A stretch of 64,000 bases of DNA from Cirrosporium novae-zelandiae (lineage: Eukaryota). The stretch spans positions 1 through 64,000 of the forward strand of contig JAPETS010000009.1 in NCBI GenBank assembly GCA_026023565.1. The letters run 5' to 3'. Both the position numbers and the translations under genes were made by a program. Shown here in pieces: positions 38,281-49,366 of the stretch (position 1 is the stretch's first letter; each line of letters opens with the position of its first letter). The notes beneath the pieces were generated by a model, which did not search any database, was not told the DNA's origin, and saw nothing but the letters and a program-made list of their open reading frames with translations.

Positions 38281-40894
38281 AGGGCAGGAAGTAGTCGGTG
38301 GCAAACAAGACTTTGGGCACCCGCACCACGACAAGGACTAGTCATGCCCCTAAAGTGTGCGGGACCCCTCCCCCATGTGGTTTCCCCCTCTGTTGACCTC
38401 GACTTTTACTGGATGCGGGAATTCTTTCGCCCTGTTGAGGAGCCTCGTCCTCAGCCGAGGTTTAGAGAGATACGATTGATTCATATTCTCAATCATTAAA
38501 CCAGTCTTGAAAGGGTTTGTGGTTATATAAGTACAAGTTATCCCATAGGGATCGAGAGACTCTGTAACAAGTGAATCCCCGCATTGAATATACGAAATCG
38601 ACCCTCATTGCGACCCTATCCGAACTAGGGGGGATCATATCCATGACCGCTGATCCCATCCCAAAAATCCTTTTTTATTCAAGATTAATTGGAAGTTATA
38701 GCTTGTGCTACGGAGGAAGGCGCCAAAGGGGGTCAGGGAGAGACCAAAGTCGATAATAGCGAGCGAGGGGGCAAGGTGGTATAAATAGGCATACCAGAAT
38801 TCGTTTTTTTTTTGATCAAGGAATTGGACAGTACAGTACTAGCTTGGTATTGTGTTTGAAGGGTTTGAAGGCAAGGTAGATAGGTTTTGTGAAATTGGAA
38901 TGGTTTGAATTGATTGATGCGCCTACTTCATATCAGGGAGAGGGTATGATGATGATTTTGGATTATTCGGCTAGATGAATCAAGATTATTTATTCATTTA
39001 TTGATTACTACTCTATATAATATAATATAATTTCACTAGTTGTGTAGGTAATAACCAATATTTTGATGCTGTAGGGATGCTGCTGTACATAGATTCTAAG
39101 CTTATGAATAAAACAACTTATCAAGTATAGCACATCCGCCTAGGCTTAAGAATAACAATCTCAAAATCGAACCCCCCCCCCCTTTGCCATATTCTATTTC
39201 AAGTATCCTTCCCTTCCTACTCATCACTACCCCCTAACCCAACACACCTCACCTCCAAACCCCCTATACCATACCTTATACCTCATACCTCATAATCCCT
39301 ACCTTACCCTATCCTACCATACCATACCCCTATAGTACATATATCCAACATATCCAACATGCATAAAATAACCACTCACTCTTCATTCTTCAATCCCAGT
39401 CCAGTATTCAAGTCCAACCTCAACCCGAGCTTCCCTCCCACTTCCTTAAAAAAGCGAGATATGAATAATATTAATAATAAGGGAAGGATGGAAATGGAAA
39501 TTGAGTGGATGTGAATGGGGGGTAGGATGGTGGAATAATGGATATGGATAGGTGAATAGGTAGATTGAGTTGAGGTAGAAGAGGAGGGGGGAGAAGAGGA
39601 AAGGGGGGGGGTGTTGATGTGATGGATGATGGATGTAATGAATGTGATATAATATAGGCACAGTACAGCAGTCCTAGGATCGAGGTTTTGGGGAGGAATG
39701 GTCATAATCATAGTTATACTACTGAAGAGCTTGATGCTTGATAGTGGGAATGACTGAACCAACCCATCCCCCGTCAAACCCCCTACAACAACTCAAAATA
39801 AATAAATAAAATTTCTATACATCCATACATCCATCCATCTCACTCTCTCTATAAGACATATCTATCATATCCAAGATTCAAAAATTCGAAACCTCTCCCA
39901 CGTCGCATGTCGCATGTCGCAGGTCGTATCGGTTTTACTTGGTTATTGGATTTATATTTACCTATAATGAGTAGGTATGAATTGATTGATTGATTAATTG
40001 ATTGATTGGTAATTGCAAGGTTACGTACTTGGGATACTACAGTGGTAGGTAGGAAAAGTAGGAAAAGGGAGTAAATAGGAGTAAATGGGAAGTGGGAAGT
40101 GAAAAGATATTTTTTTGTCATTTGTCTTGAGAGGTAGGTATGTAGTAATATTTTGCTTCCGTTGTTTCCGTCATGCATGGATGGAATAATACCTTTCATC
40201 TCTTTCTTCCTTTGTGTACAGACTAGACTATTTGTTTATGAGTATTATTTATTTAGATTTTAGATTCAAAGAAATCATTCGACTATGTTAAACCCCGTAT
40301 AATATTCCATTAGTCTAATACTACATTTATTAAATCCAAAGGTTTGGGCAATCCAGGGCGAGGGGTAAAGATAAGCCCACCCCGCGCCCCGCATTTCGTA
40401 TTTCGAAGTGAAACTAACCCCGATACTCCCGATCCCCCGACCTTGGCCCTGATTCCGTGTCAATGCTTAGATCGTCTTATCTATTAATGGATGATGTGAT
40501 TCATGATTCGGATTGATGTAGATCTAGGTTGGTTATCCATACTCGCCCAATAAATAAAAATAGCCAGGGGTGTAAGCAGTAAAGAAGAAAGATCTCTGTG
40601 GCCTCCATGTGAGAAAAACCGACATAGGAAAGAATACCGAGATTAATTTCCGCTTGGGTAAAAGGGAAGGGAAGGAATATGGGCGTTAGTTTCCCCTCTT
40701 TCTTCTCTGCAGTAGTAAGTGGGGGTATAGATAATGAATATCGGTAGTGAAACCTTTGATATTCAAGTCTGCCTTTATAAAAAACCGGGACCCGCCGTAT
40801 AGTATAGTACATGTGCAAATCCTCACATAGACTACTAATGCTTCAGAAATCGAATCGAATACATCCATCTACTACTATTCACGGACAGAAAAAA

Positions 40895-42506
40895 ATGGCT
40901 ATCTCATCATCTCCCTCCCCCCCTCTCCCTCTCCCTCCCTCCACCGTCCCCCTAATAATCAACGGCAAAGACATCTCTACCAACAAAAAATTCCCAGTCC
41001 TCGATCCCCACACCGGCCATCCCCTCTGGGAAGCCTATAGCGCTAGCGAATCCGAAGCCAACGCCGCCGCCGAAGCAGCAGAGGCTGCATTCCCAACATG
41101 GTCAGGGATGGTGTTTCTGGAGCGGCGGAATCTGTTGAACAAGGTTGCTGATTATATAAGTGAGAATTGCGAGGAGTTGAAGAGGTTGGTGAGGGAGGAG
41201 ACGGCGGCTGATGAGGGGTGGGCGGCTTTTGATGTTGGGGTTGCGGGGGAGATTTTTAGGGAGGTGGCGGCGAGGGTTTCGGGGATTGGGGGGGAGATTC
41301 CGCCGGTTAATGAGAAAGGTATGTATGGATTTTGGATAAATGTTATTTTTTCATATTTGTTGGAGAGCTTTTCAGGTTGAAGGTTTTTTTTTTGGGGAAA
41401 TAGTGCTCTTCTTGTTTGAACTGTAATTGTAATTATCTTGTGAGAACGGAATCTAATAATTTATAGGCACCATGGCTCTTGTAACCAAATGTCCGTATGG
41501 GGTTGTTCTTGGTATCGCCCCATGGAATTGCGCCGTTCTTCTTGCTGCCCGTAGCATTGCATATGCTCTCGCTGGAGGTAATACGGTCATCCTCAAAGGA
41601 AGTGAGCTCTGCCCACGCACGCACTACTTCCTAGCCAACTGCTTCCGTCTTGCTGGCTTCCCCCCAGGTGTTGTAAATCTGGTCATCCATGCACCAAAAG
41701 ACGGACCTCTGGTCAATGGAACATTGATCAGACATCCTGCTGTTAAGAAGATCAATTTCACGGGTAGCACTCCAGTGGGAAGAATTATGGCTGAAATTGC
41801 TGGAAAAGCACTCAAGCCGATCCTCCTTGAGTTGGGAGGGAAAGCTCCGATGATCGTTCTGGATGATGCTGACCTCAAGAAAGCTGCAATAGGTGCAGCA
41901 TGGGGCTCCAATGGCCATGCGGGACAGGTGTGCATGACCACGGAACGGATTATCGTCCTTAAATCGGTGGCTGCTGAGTTTGAGCATGTCTTAAAGGCTA
42001 CATACGCCGAGATGTATCCTCAAGGAACATATTGTCCTCAGCCAGCTGTCCAAGTATCTGGTGCAGACAAGGTGAAATCCCTGCTCGACGATGCTTTTGC
42101 CAAGGGTGCGAAGCTTGTCACGGGTAGCAAGGAATATGCCGACAAGGACGGCCGCTCAATTCATCCTACAATCATAAAAGACACTCAACAGTCAGATATT
42201 CACTACGTCGAGTCCTTTGGTCCTACTGTCTCCCTCATGGTTGTTCCGACAGTGGAACAAGCTATTAAAATGGCCAACGACACTGAATATGGCCTTTCTT
42301 CATGCGTTTGGTCCAAAGATTTAACAAAAGCCTTGAATGTAGCAAATCAAATTCGGAGTGGAGCGGTGCATATCAATGACTCCACCATTCATGATGAGCC
42401 CACGCTGCCACACGGAGGTTTCAACGCCAGTGGGTTTGGGAGATTTGGAGGTAGATGGGGAATTGATGAGTTCATGACAACAAAGACAATTCGCTTCAGG
42501 GTGTAA
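40895..42506 (+). CDS. Aldehyde dehydrogenase, salicylaldehyde/vanillin dehydrogenase-like
   Basis: ATG 40895, intron 41319-41466. Motifs PYGVVLGIAPWN, ILKGSELCP, INFTGSTPVG, LELGGKAP, GQVCMTTE (catalytic Cys), ESFGP, TIHDEPTLPHGG and SGFGRFGG. Confidence 0.95.
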
Positions 42507-42739
42507 ATATATAGCACAAGAATAATTATTTGGTAGCCATGCAACCATGCAAGGGGGTGAGGCGTTGACGTGTTGCTGGATGTCTAGTTATCTGTGCGCG
42601 TTTAGATGTAAAGTCAAATCTTTATTGTTTGTCCAACCATTCTCTTCTCCACACATTCCCGCACTTCACACATCTCCATACTTTTACAAAAAAACGACAA
42701 AAAACGACACTTTTCCTTATCTCTACTCACTTCTTCAAA

Positions 42740-43309
42740 ATGTCAATCGCATCCTCAATTCCAGACGATAGAACATGTTCAATTCGAAGTGATTCTCCAG
42801 AACCTTGGCCCGAATACTTTGAGACGGCATCCTTCTCCTCAGTGTCATCCACGTCATTCAACTACCGGCATAATTATCCACCCCAGACGGAAGCAGACCG
42901 CCAGAACTGCCAAGCCCAACTCGATCAAGAAATTCAAGCTCTTGAAGCCTACTGCTCCCAACGTCTCTTGGAAGTCGATGCTCTAATGTCTATATCCACA
43001 CTTCAAACAAATTATCGGTGTCCGGTTCTCTCGGAAGCAGAATTTGCGGACCTGGAGGGCAGATTGGAAAGAGCAAGACGAGTGGTTGACGCTATAGGGA
43101 AGCAAAGGGAAAGGCTTGCATCGGCCTTCGGGGTACTAGCCGAACTAAAATTTAAGCGTAAGATGCTCGAGCTGGAGGATGAACAATGGAGAAGGGATCA
43201 TTGGAGGTCGGCCGATCTGATAGAGGACAAGTCTGATGATGGCATGGAAATGGAAATGGAACGGGAAAGGCAAAGAGATACGCCTATCGGAATGGTTGAG
43301 CACCAATAA
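42740..43309 (+). CDS. Hypothetical protein, predicted coiled-coil
   Basis: ATG 42740 in AAAATG context, 189 codons, charged helical composition. Confidence 0.6.
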   Translation: MSIASSIPDDRTCSIRSDSPEPWPEYFETASFSSVSSTSFNYRHNYPPQTEADRQNCQAQLDQEIQALEAYCSQRLLEVDALMSISTLQTNYRCPVLSEAEFADLEGRLERARRVVDAIGKQRERLASAFGVLAELKFKRKMLELEDEQWRRDHWRSADLIEDKSDDGMEMEMERERQRDTPIGMVEHQ

Positions 43310-43447
43310 TTCACGCCTGTTATGAAAAGAACCAAAAATCTAAAAACTTCTTTACGTCGTTTCTCCAGAACTATTGAAGGATTCTGCTGCCCCGCGTTTG
43401 ATTTTTTATGGGGCCACACCGGTCTAAAAAATTAAAAAAAATCATTC

Positions 43448-43538
43448 CTCCCTGTCAGGGAATCGAACCCTGGTCTCCCGCGCTTGATTGCAAGAATGCA
43501 ATGACAAGCGGAAATCATAGCCACTAGACCAACAAGGA
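43448..43538 (-). tRNA. tRNA-Asp(GTC) with 19-nt intron (43483-43501)
   Basis: Reverse complement TCCTTGTTGGTCTAGTGGCTATGATTTCCGCTT-GTC-A[intron]CGCGGGAGACCAGGGTTCGATTCCCTGACAGGGAG. Acceptor stem TCCTTGT/ACAGGGA, A and B boxes, intron after position 37. Confidence 0.95.
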
Positions 43539-43732
43539 CATGTTTGATGAAAGAAAGTGATCAAATAGAATTCATATTCATCCAATGGTTTGAAGCTATT
43601 TTAAAAGAGGAATAGTAAAGCCGGCACGGCCGGATAATGCAATGACCGAACACCGGAGTACAATATGTGTACAGAAGAGAATTTCACCCAATAAAACTAT
43701 GGGACTTTTCAATTCTAAACCTAACTCAATAT

Positions 43733-44740
43733 TTAACATTTTATTAACGACTGCCCCCTTCTCTTCTTCCATTGCACCCGTGTTGCAAATATCGCCTCCC
43801 GAAATATTAACACCAGTAACGCAGTCATTAACAACATTGTGATTATCGCTACGGAAACTAACGAGCCTATCGAGAAGCCTCTCGAAACATATGCAAACAA
43901 TTGCCAAGATGGGCTCGACTGATCAAGTGGCTGTACTGCTAGTACCACTTGCATTGCGCTCAGTGAGACACTGAAGACGGCAAATATGAAACCTATCGGC
44001 CCATAGAACCGAGCAAAGTAGGCGCCGTATTGGATATAGATTTTCTCAAAGGTTAGCTGATGAAGGTAGATCTTGCTCCAAAAGTTAAGTCGTGTTAAGC
44101 GTAGTTGACCGAAAGCATATCGTGGTGACACAGTGTCATTGAGGAGATGCTCGAAAGCTGAGATGAAACGAGTAAATTGGAGATAAGAAACATGCTTGGG
44201 TATAAGCCGATTTTTCGCATCGTTTTCGCTTTTCGCAATGAGAAAGTCAGATTTGTGGCGGATGAGGTTGCCGTAGGTTCTTATGAATCCCTGAGCTGCT
44301 TTTGCGAGTGCTTGTCTAGTCTCTATGGGCACCGAAGAGTTGTTGCCGGCAAGATAAAACTCCCAAAAAGCATACGACAAGAGATACTTTGGCAGTGGCT
44401 TGAGATATATTCGATCATAAAACCAGACAAGATGCAGGCTAGGATCTTCGGTAACGACTATAGAACGGCCTTTGACGACTTGGCGTGTGAGGGAATATAC
44501 ATGTCCGCTGTCTGGTGTGGCAAGTAACCACATGTGGGGCGCGAGCTGATCGAGCTTTGGTGTCATAAGCTCTTTACTCAAATACTCTGTCATGTCTGAA
44601 CTGTTCAAGTCTATTCGTGGTTGGCCAGGAAGAGTATTTTTCCCTATTGATTGCCTCTTAATGGAAAAGGGGTTCTGGGAGACCTCCAGGCTATTGCAGA
44701 GTTGGTTGTCTCGACTGAATGGTATACGAACGGAAGCCAT
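43733..44740 (-). CDS. Conserved fungal membrane protein (DUF6601-like)
   Basis: Intronless 335 aa. Motifs VVTEDPSLHLVW, IYLKPLPKYLLSYAFW, RYAFGQLRLTRLN and SLSAMQV. Two C-terminal hydrophobic helices. Confidence 0.8.
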   Translation of the reverse strand: MASVRIPFSRDNQLCNSLEVSQNPFSIKRQSIGKNTLPGQPRIDLNSSDMTEYLSKELMTPKLDQLAPHMWLLATPDSGHVYSLTRQVVKGRSIVVTEDPSLHLVWFYDRIYLKPLPKYLLSYAFWEFYLAGNNSSVPIETRQALAKAAQGFIRTYGNLIRHKSDFLIAKSENDAKNRLIPKHVSYLQFTRFISAFEHLLNDTVSPRYAFGQLRLTRLNFWSKIYLHQLTFEKIYIQYGAYFARFYGPIGFIFAVFSVSLSAMQVVLAVQPLDQSSPSWQLFAYVSRGFSIGSLVSVAIITMLLMTALLVLIFREAIFATRVQWKKRRGQSLIKC

Positions 44741-45225
44741 TGCCGTCGTTCACCTATCCGATTAAAATCACAATGAAAGACTAATAAATATTTGAGCTTA
44801 AGAGGGCTTCCTTGAGCTTGTTAATGGGGGTGTTGATTGATGAGTTGTCGAAACATGGTGAGAAAAAAACAGGAAATTATGTCCATAAAAATAGGGAGAC
44901 AGTACTCGTATCATGGCCAGAGTTCTAATGGATCTCGATGCTTGTCATGCTTGTTGTATCTGCATATTCCTGTGCCGCTCAGCTTACCTCATTGGGAATA
45001 GCTCCATTTTATAGTCTTGCCTTAACTGGATAGCTTGATATGCATGCAGTGCTTGTACGCTACATATTCAGCATTTTCGTCATCCTTACTTGGTCCTATC
45101 CGATCAACTCATCGTACTGCTACAAAAACAACATAGCAATCTTGATAATCCAAACCACCGACCAGCAATATCATTAGTCACAAGGGTACTCGAGCACCCT
45201 ATAGATACTTATCTGCTTACTTACA

Positions 45226-47084
45226 ATGAAATTTATACTTCTGTTGGTCGTGTATTTTCTGTACGCAGTCTTTTCGAACCAGCCTTATCACATCGCCCAC
45301 AGTATTTTACTGTTGCTTTTTCTGCTACTGGCATCCCTAATACGCAACCAAACAATTTCTATGGAAACATGTCTTGAGACATGTCCCCAGATAGTGCTGA
45401 TGGTTATTGTGGCATGCTTCTGTATTTTCCTCTTCCCATCAGTTCAGGTATTGCTCTTTCGTAAGAGAGCGCCTGGCGTCCAAGCCCAAAACGGATTGGA
45501 GGTAATATACCCGCCTATAATAAACGACTTGGGAGAGGACGACAGAGATGTTGAGTCAGTATCATGTCTACTATTCTCTAGTACTCTACGTCATGCTAAT
45601 TATACTACTAACAATAGCATCGTTGCCGTCCATAGCCTCGGCTCAAACCCTTATACAGCCTGGCAACAATAGACAGGACTCGGGCCAAGAAACCCCAGTA
45701 GTACTGCACCAGAATCAAAACTCCTATGGCTCCGTGACTTTCTGCCGGCGAATTTGCTCCAACACCCAGGTCTCAGAGTTCGAGTCATGACATTCAACCA
45801 CAATACCAGGTGGAGATTCGATGCTCTGGACAAATCATTGGAAGATTACGGGAAGCACCTACTACGTGATTTGGCTGATAAACGTAGTGGAAAGGTTAGA
45901 AGCTGGAACTCCAAAGTGCTCTCAGCTGTTAGATGCTTATATTATATAAAAGGCAAAAACACGACCCATAATTTTCATTGGGCATAGCTTTGGGGGTATC
46001 ATTATCAAGGAAATGAGTAGACTATTGTACTTATTTTGCATCAGTATTTCTGGTCAAGTCTGACATGGCAAAGGCATTGGTTACCGCAAACACCTACCCC
46101 GATACCGACTCTCGCCGTGCCATTGCCAACCACACCAAAGGGTTTTGCTTCTTGGGAACTCCACATAAAGGCTCCCGATTGACTGTTTTAGGAAAAATAT
46201 GCTGCTTGTTTGGGTATTACGCGGGTTCGAGCAGCCATCTGCTAGAGACGATAGAGCCCGGTTCGCAAATGAATAGGAGACTTCATCATGACTTTATCAC
46301 ACAATATCGCTCTAGCGAAATAGTCTGCTTCCATGGGACGGTGCTAGAGTCGCTCTTTGGCATTCCTATTACGCCGGCAAGTACTTGAACGGTTCTAATC
46401 TACTTTGCTGCGCGGTAGTTGACACCTTCAATATTTATTAGATTGTAGAGTACGAATCAGCCACAATTGCCGGGGCAGAGAATGCGACTCTCGACACAAC
46501 ACACAGGAATATCCAAAGAGCTGGGTCTGACCAAGATAAAAACTACAGGGGGGTACTTTGGGGGATACGAAAAACGCTGGAAAAGGTAGAACGTAGGTCC
46601 CGATAGATTTTGCATCTTATTTGTATAGTGTCCTGTTGCTAACTTGTCTCATGCATGGAAATTAGCTTTGTTGGAAAAATTACTTGCTGCGGCAAAGTCT
46701 GGCAATGTCGATAGGGTCAAGGAACTTATAGATTACCCCTATGTTGATCCTAATAAACCTAACGATGAAGGTAAAACGGCACTGGAGCTTGCTGCTCATC
46801 ACGGCCACATAGACGTTGTACAGCTGCTTCTCGACAAATGCAAGGTTGATCCCGATCTGGCAGATGAAGTATGGGGACAATCGCACTTGTTCCGCGCTGC
46901 TAAAGGTGGGCATGTAGAAATTGTCAGGCGGTTATTGAACCAGGATGGCGTCGACCCCAATCACTCAGATAAATACGGCATAACGCCTTTAGCCGCCGCT
47001 GATGAGGCTAAGGATGAGGCAAAGAAGGCCGAAATTAAGATGTTGAAAAAAGCTATTGCCAAATATCAAAAAAGCGAAAATTAA
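45226..47084 (+). pseudogene. SesB-like alpha/beta-hydrolase plus ankyrin repeat gene, disrupted
   Basis: Motifs IVAVHSLG, LWLRDFLP, RVMTFN, RPIIFIGHSFGGIIIKE and FLGTPHKGS, then about 3 ankyrin repeats (GKTALELAAHHGH, AAKGGHVEIV, GITPLAAA). In-frame TAG at 45670-45672 and a non-canonical donor ATGAGT at 46013. Confidence 0.82.
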
Positions 47085-47876
47085 AACCCCGTTTTTGGCT
47101 TAAAAGTGTTACCGGTGTGTTAGCGATAAGCTAGAAGTTTACCCCTAAGCCAAAAGGACGTGATTACCCGCTTGTTACCAAGTGGGCAATCTATCTAGTC
47201 ATATAAGGTATCCGTAACACGGTGGCCAGGATCTTCACATGATATAACCCTACTTTCGTAGGATAGTCCGTGTACCTAGCCTGGATGACTGCTCTGCTAG
47301 GCTCTTCTGCTCCACTACCACCTAAGAATAAACCCACTACCTTGGAACCCAAGGCATGGCTCTCACAAAGTATTGTTCCAACGTAGAAGGTTAATATTTC
47401 TTCAAAAATTGTGATACATTATATGTATATTTCCGTCTTAACTACCAACCTCCAATCATGCAAAGCTCCAAATTGATTCCCCGATTATACTACCTTTAGA
47501 GAGGGGGGCCGAGGGGGGTAGAAGGGGGGAATGAAAAGCCATATACATCAACAAGGTAGAAAAATGGTTGGTTATTCGTTCTTCCCAGCTACACCCCCCA
47601 ACCAAATTCAAATTCAAAAACCCCATAGATAACCCTTTCCTCGCAGAAAGAACTCCACAATAAGAAGCAAGCAAGCAAGGCAGACCCTACTTTCCACCCT
47701 ATTCAACTTTCCAATACCCCAATATCCTAACACCAGCACAACTAACCTGCCAAGACCCCCCTGCCCTCCAAAATCCACCAGAATACTAAAAAAAACTTTC
47801 TGCTACCCTTTCCTCCCTCCCTACATACCAATCTAGGAATCCCCCCATCCCCATCCACTCACCCACCAACCTACCA

Positions 47877-48281
47877 CGCATTTAGCATTTAGCATTTAGC
47901 ATTTAGCATTTTAAGATTTACTAATTATAGTAGCGTCTTCTCGGTTTGGAGAAAAAAAAAAAACCCCCCTGAGGGTTTATGGATAACCTTACCTAGGTGA
48001 ATTAACAATGGAGTTCGGGGTTTGAGAGTTTGGGGGCAATGAAAATGAAAATGAAAATGAATGAAAATGAATTATAAGTACTCGAGTAAGGAGCTCCCCC
48101 TTATTCATCTTCAGGTTTTCTTTCTAGTAGTAGTAGTAGTAGTAGTAGTACCCCACCGAAGTCATTATTTATATCTACACACACACATACACAGACTACT
48201 TAGATAGATATATACCCCTAACCCCTATATCTATGCTGTGCTGTGCTGTGTCATGCCATGCCCATGTTATAACTGAGTCCA

Positions 48282-48317
<36 letters not shown>

Positions 48318-48325
48318 TATATCCT
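47877..48325. repeat. Microsatellite cluster: (GCATTTA)n, (AATGAA)n, (TAG)n, (CA)n, (ATAC)n, (AT)n
   Basis: Directly visible tandem repeats. Confidence 0.85.
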
Positions 48326-48498
48326 ACTATAAATGTATGTCGTAACAATTAGACAATAGGACTCCTTCTTTTCCTTTTTTCCTCTATTCTTCTTCTTCTA
48401 TTGCATGGTGATATATATATATATAATTAACCATTAACATCTAACCATCTATCCGATACTCCCCACCTTGTTTATTTATTCCACCCATAATCTCCCTT

Positions 48499-49289
48499 TT
48501 ATTTTCCCATTCGGAATGTCGTCTTGCCGTAGTCCAGAATGTCATTCGCAGACACAAAGTCCCCTTTCCAGCAACCTATAATAATGTCCCCAAGTAGTAA
48601 TCCATCAGTATTTAAGAAATGCTCTTCCCCGAATAGCTTCTCAATCACTTCATCATCTAGTCCCTCGTATGGTTTCGTGGCCAGCAACAAGTTCATAGAG
48701 AGCAGACCCCAAAGCGAATAAATCCGACTCAACCGTATTATCCATTTCGGGACCCCTCGGCAAGTAATGACTTGCCTTCTCAATACCTAAAACCGGAAAA
48801 CCTTTCAATTTTAGGTCTGGTTTGCCATTAAATCTGGTCCTGTTGAAGTCACTGAGTCGAGCGTTCAAATCTGTATCTAAAAGCCATTGGTCGAGTCTCA
48901 AATCGGAATGTCTGATTCCCATAGAGTGAATGAATGCGATACTTTCGATCATCTGATGGGCCCAATGTCTCGAATCTGTATCTGTGATGATGGCGGTGGT
49001 GGTGCGATGGGCATCGACATATCCTTTCAAAGATCCATTAGGGTAATTATTCAAGTTCAATATAAGTTTTTGCGGGGCCAATGGCTAGACATTTGGCGAT
49101 ACGCGGATGGTCTCCTAAAATAGAATAGATGGTGGCTTCGTTACGAGTTGCAATGATGTTTTGTTTGGTGATGGGGATCTCGTCAGTTGTTCTATAAATC
49201 TTCTTGACAATGTTATCGGTTCGATATATGATGGCGCTAATGCCGACCATGAGGAGTTCGGGCGGCTGTAAGGGAACTAATGGCAACAT
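48499..49289 (-). pseudogene. Intronless Ser/Thr kinase-like gene with two frameshifts
   Basis: Kinase subdomains split across three frames: EATIYSILGDHPRI..YIELE / YPNGSL..IAFIHSMGIRHSDLRLDQWLL..LSDF..SDLFALGSALYEL / KPYEGL..IIIGCWKG. Breaks at ~49048 and ~48678. Confidence 0.85.
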
Positions 49290-49366
49290 GATTGTTTTTT
49301 GTTTTTTAAATGAGTGTTGGTGGAAATGATTGGATGAATGAATGACTGACCTAAATTTCTTTTCTT

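Noticed and set aside
43448..49289. Starship-type giant element
   Set aside because: No DUF3435 tyrosine recombinase captain or boundary repeats visible in the window.
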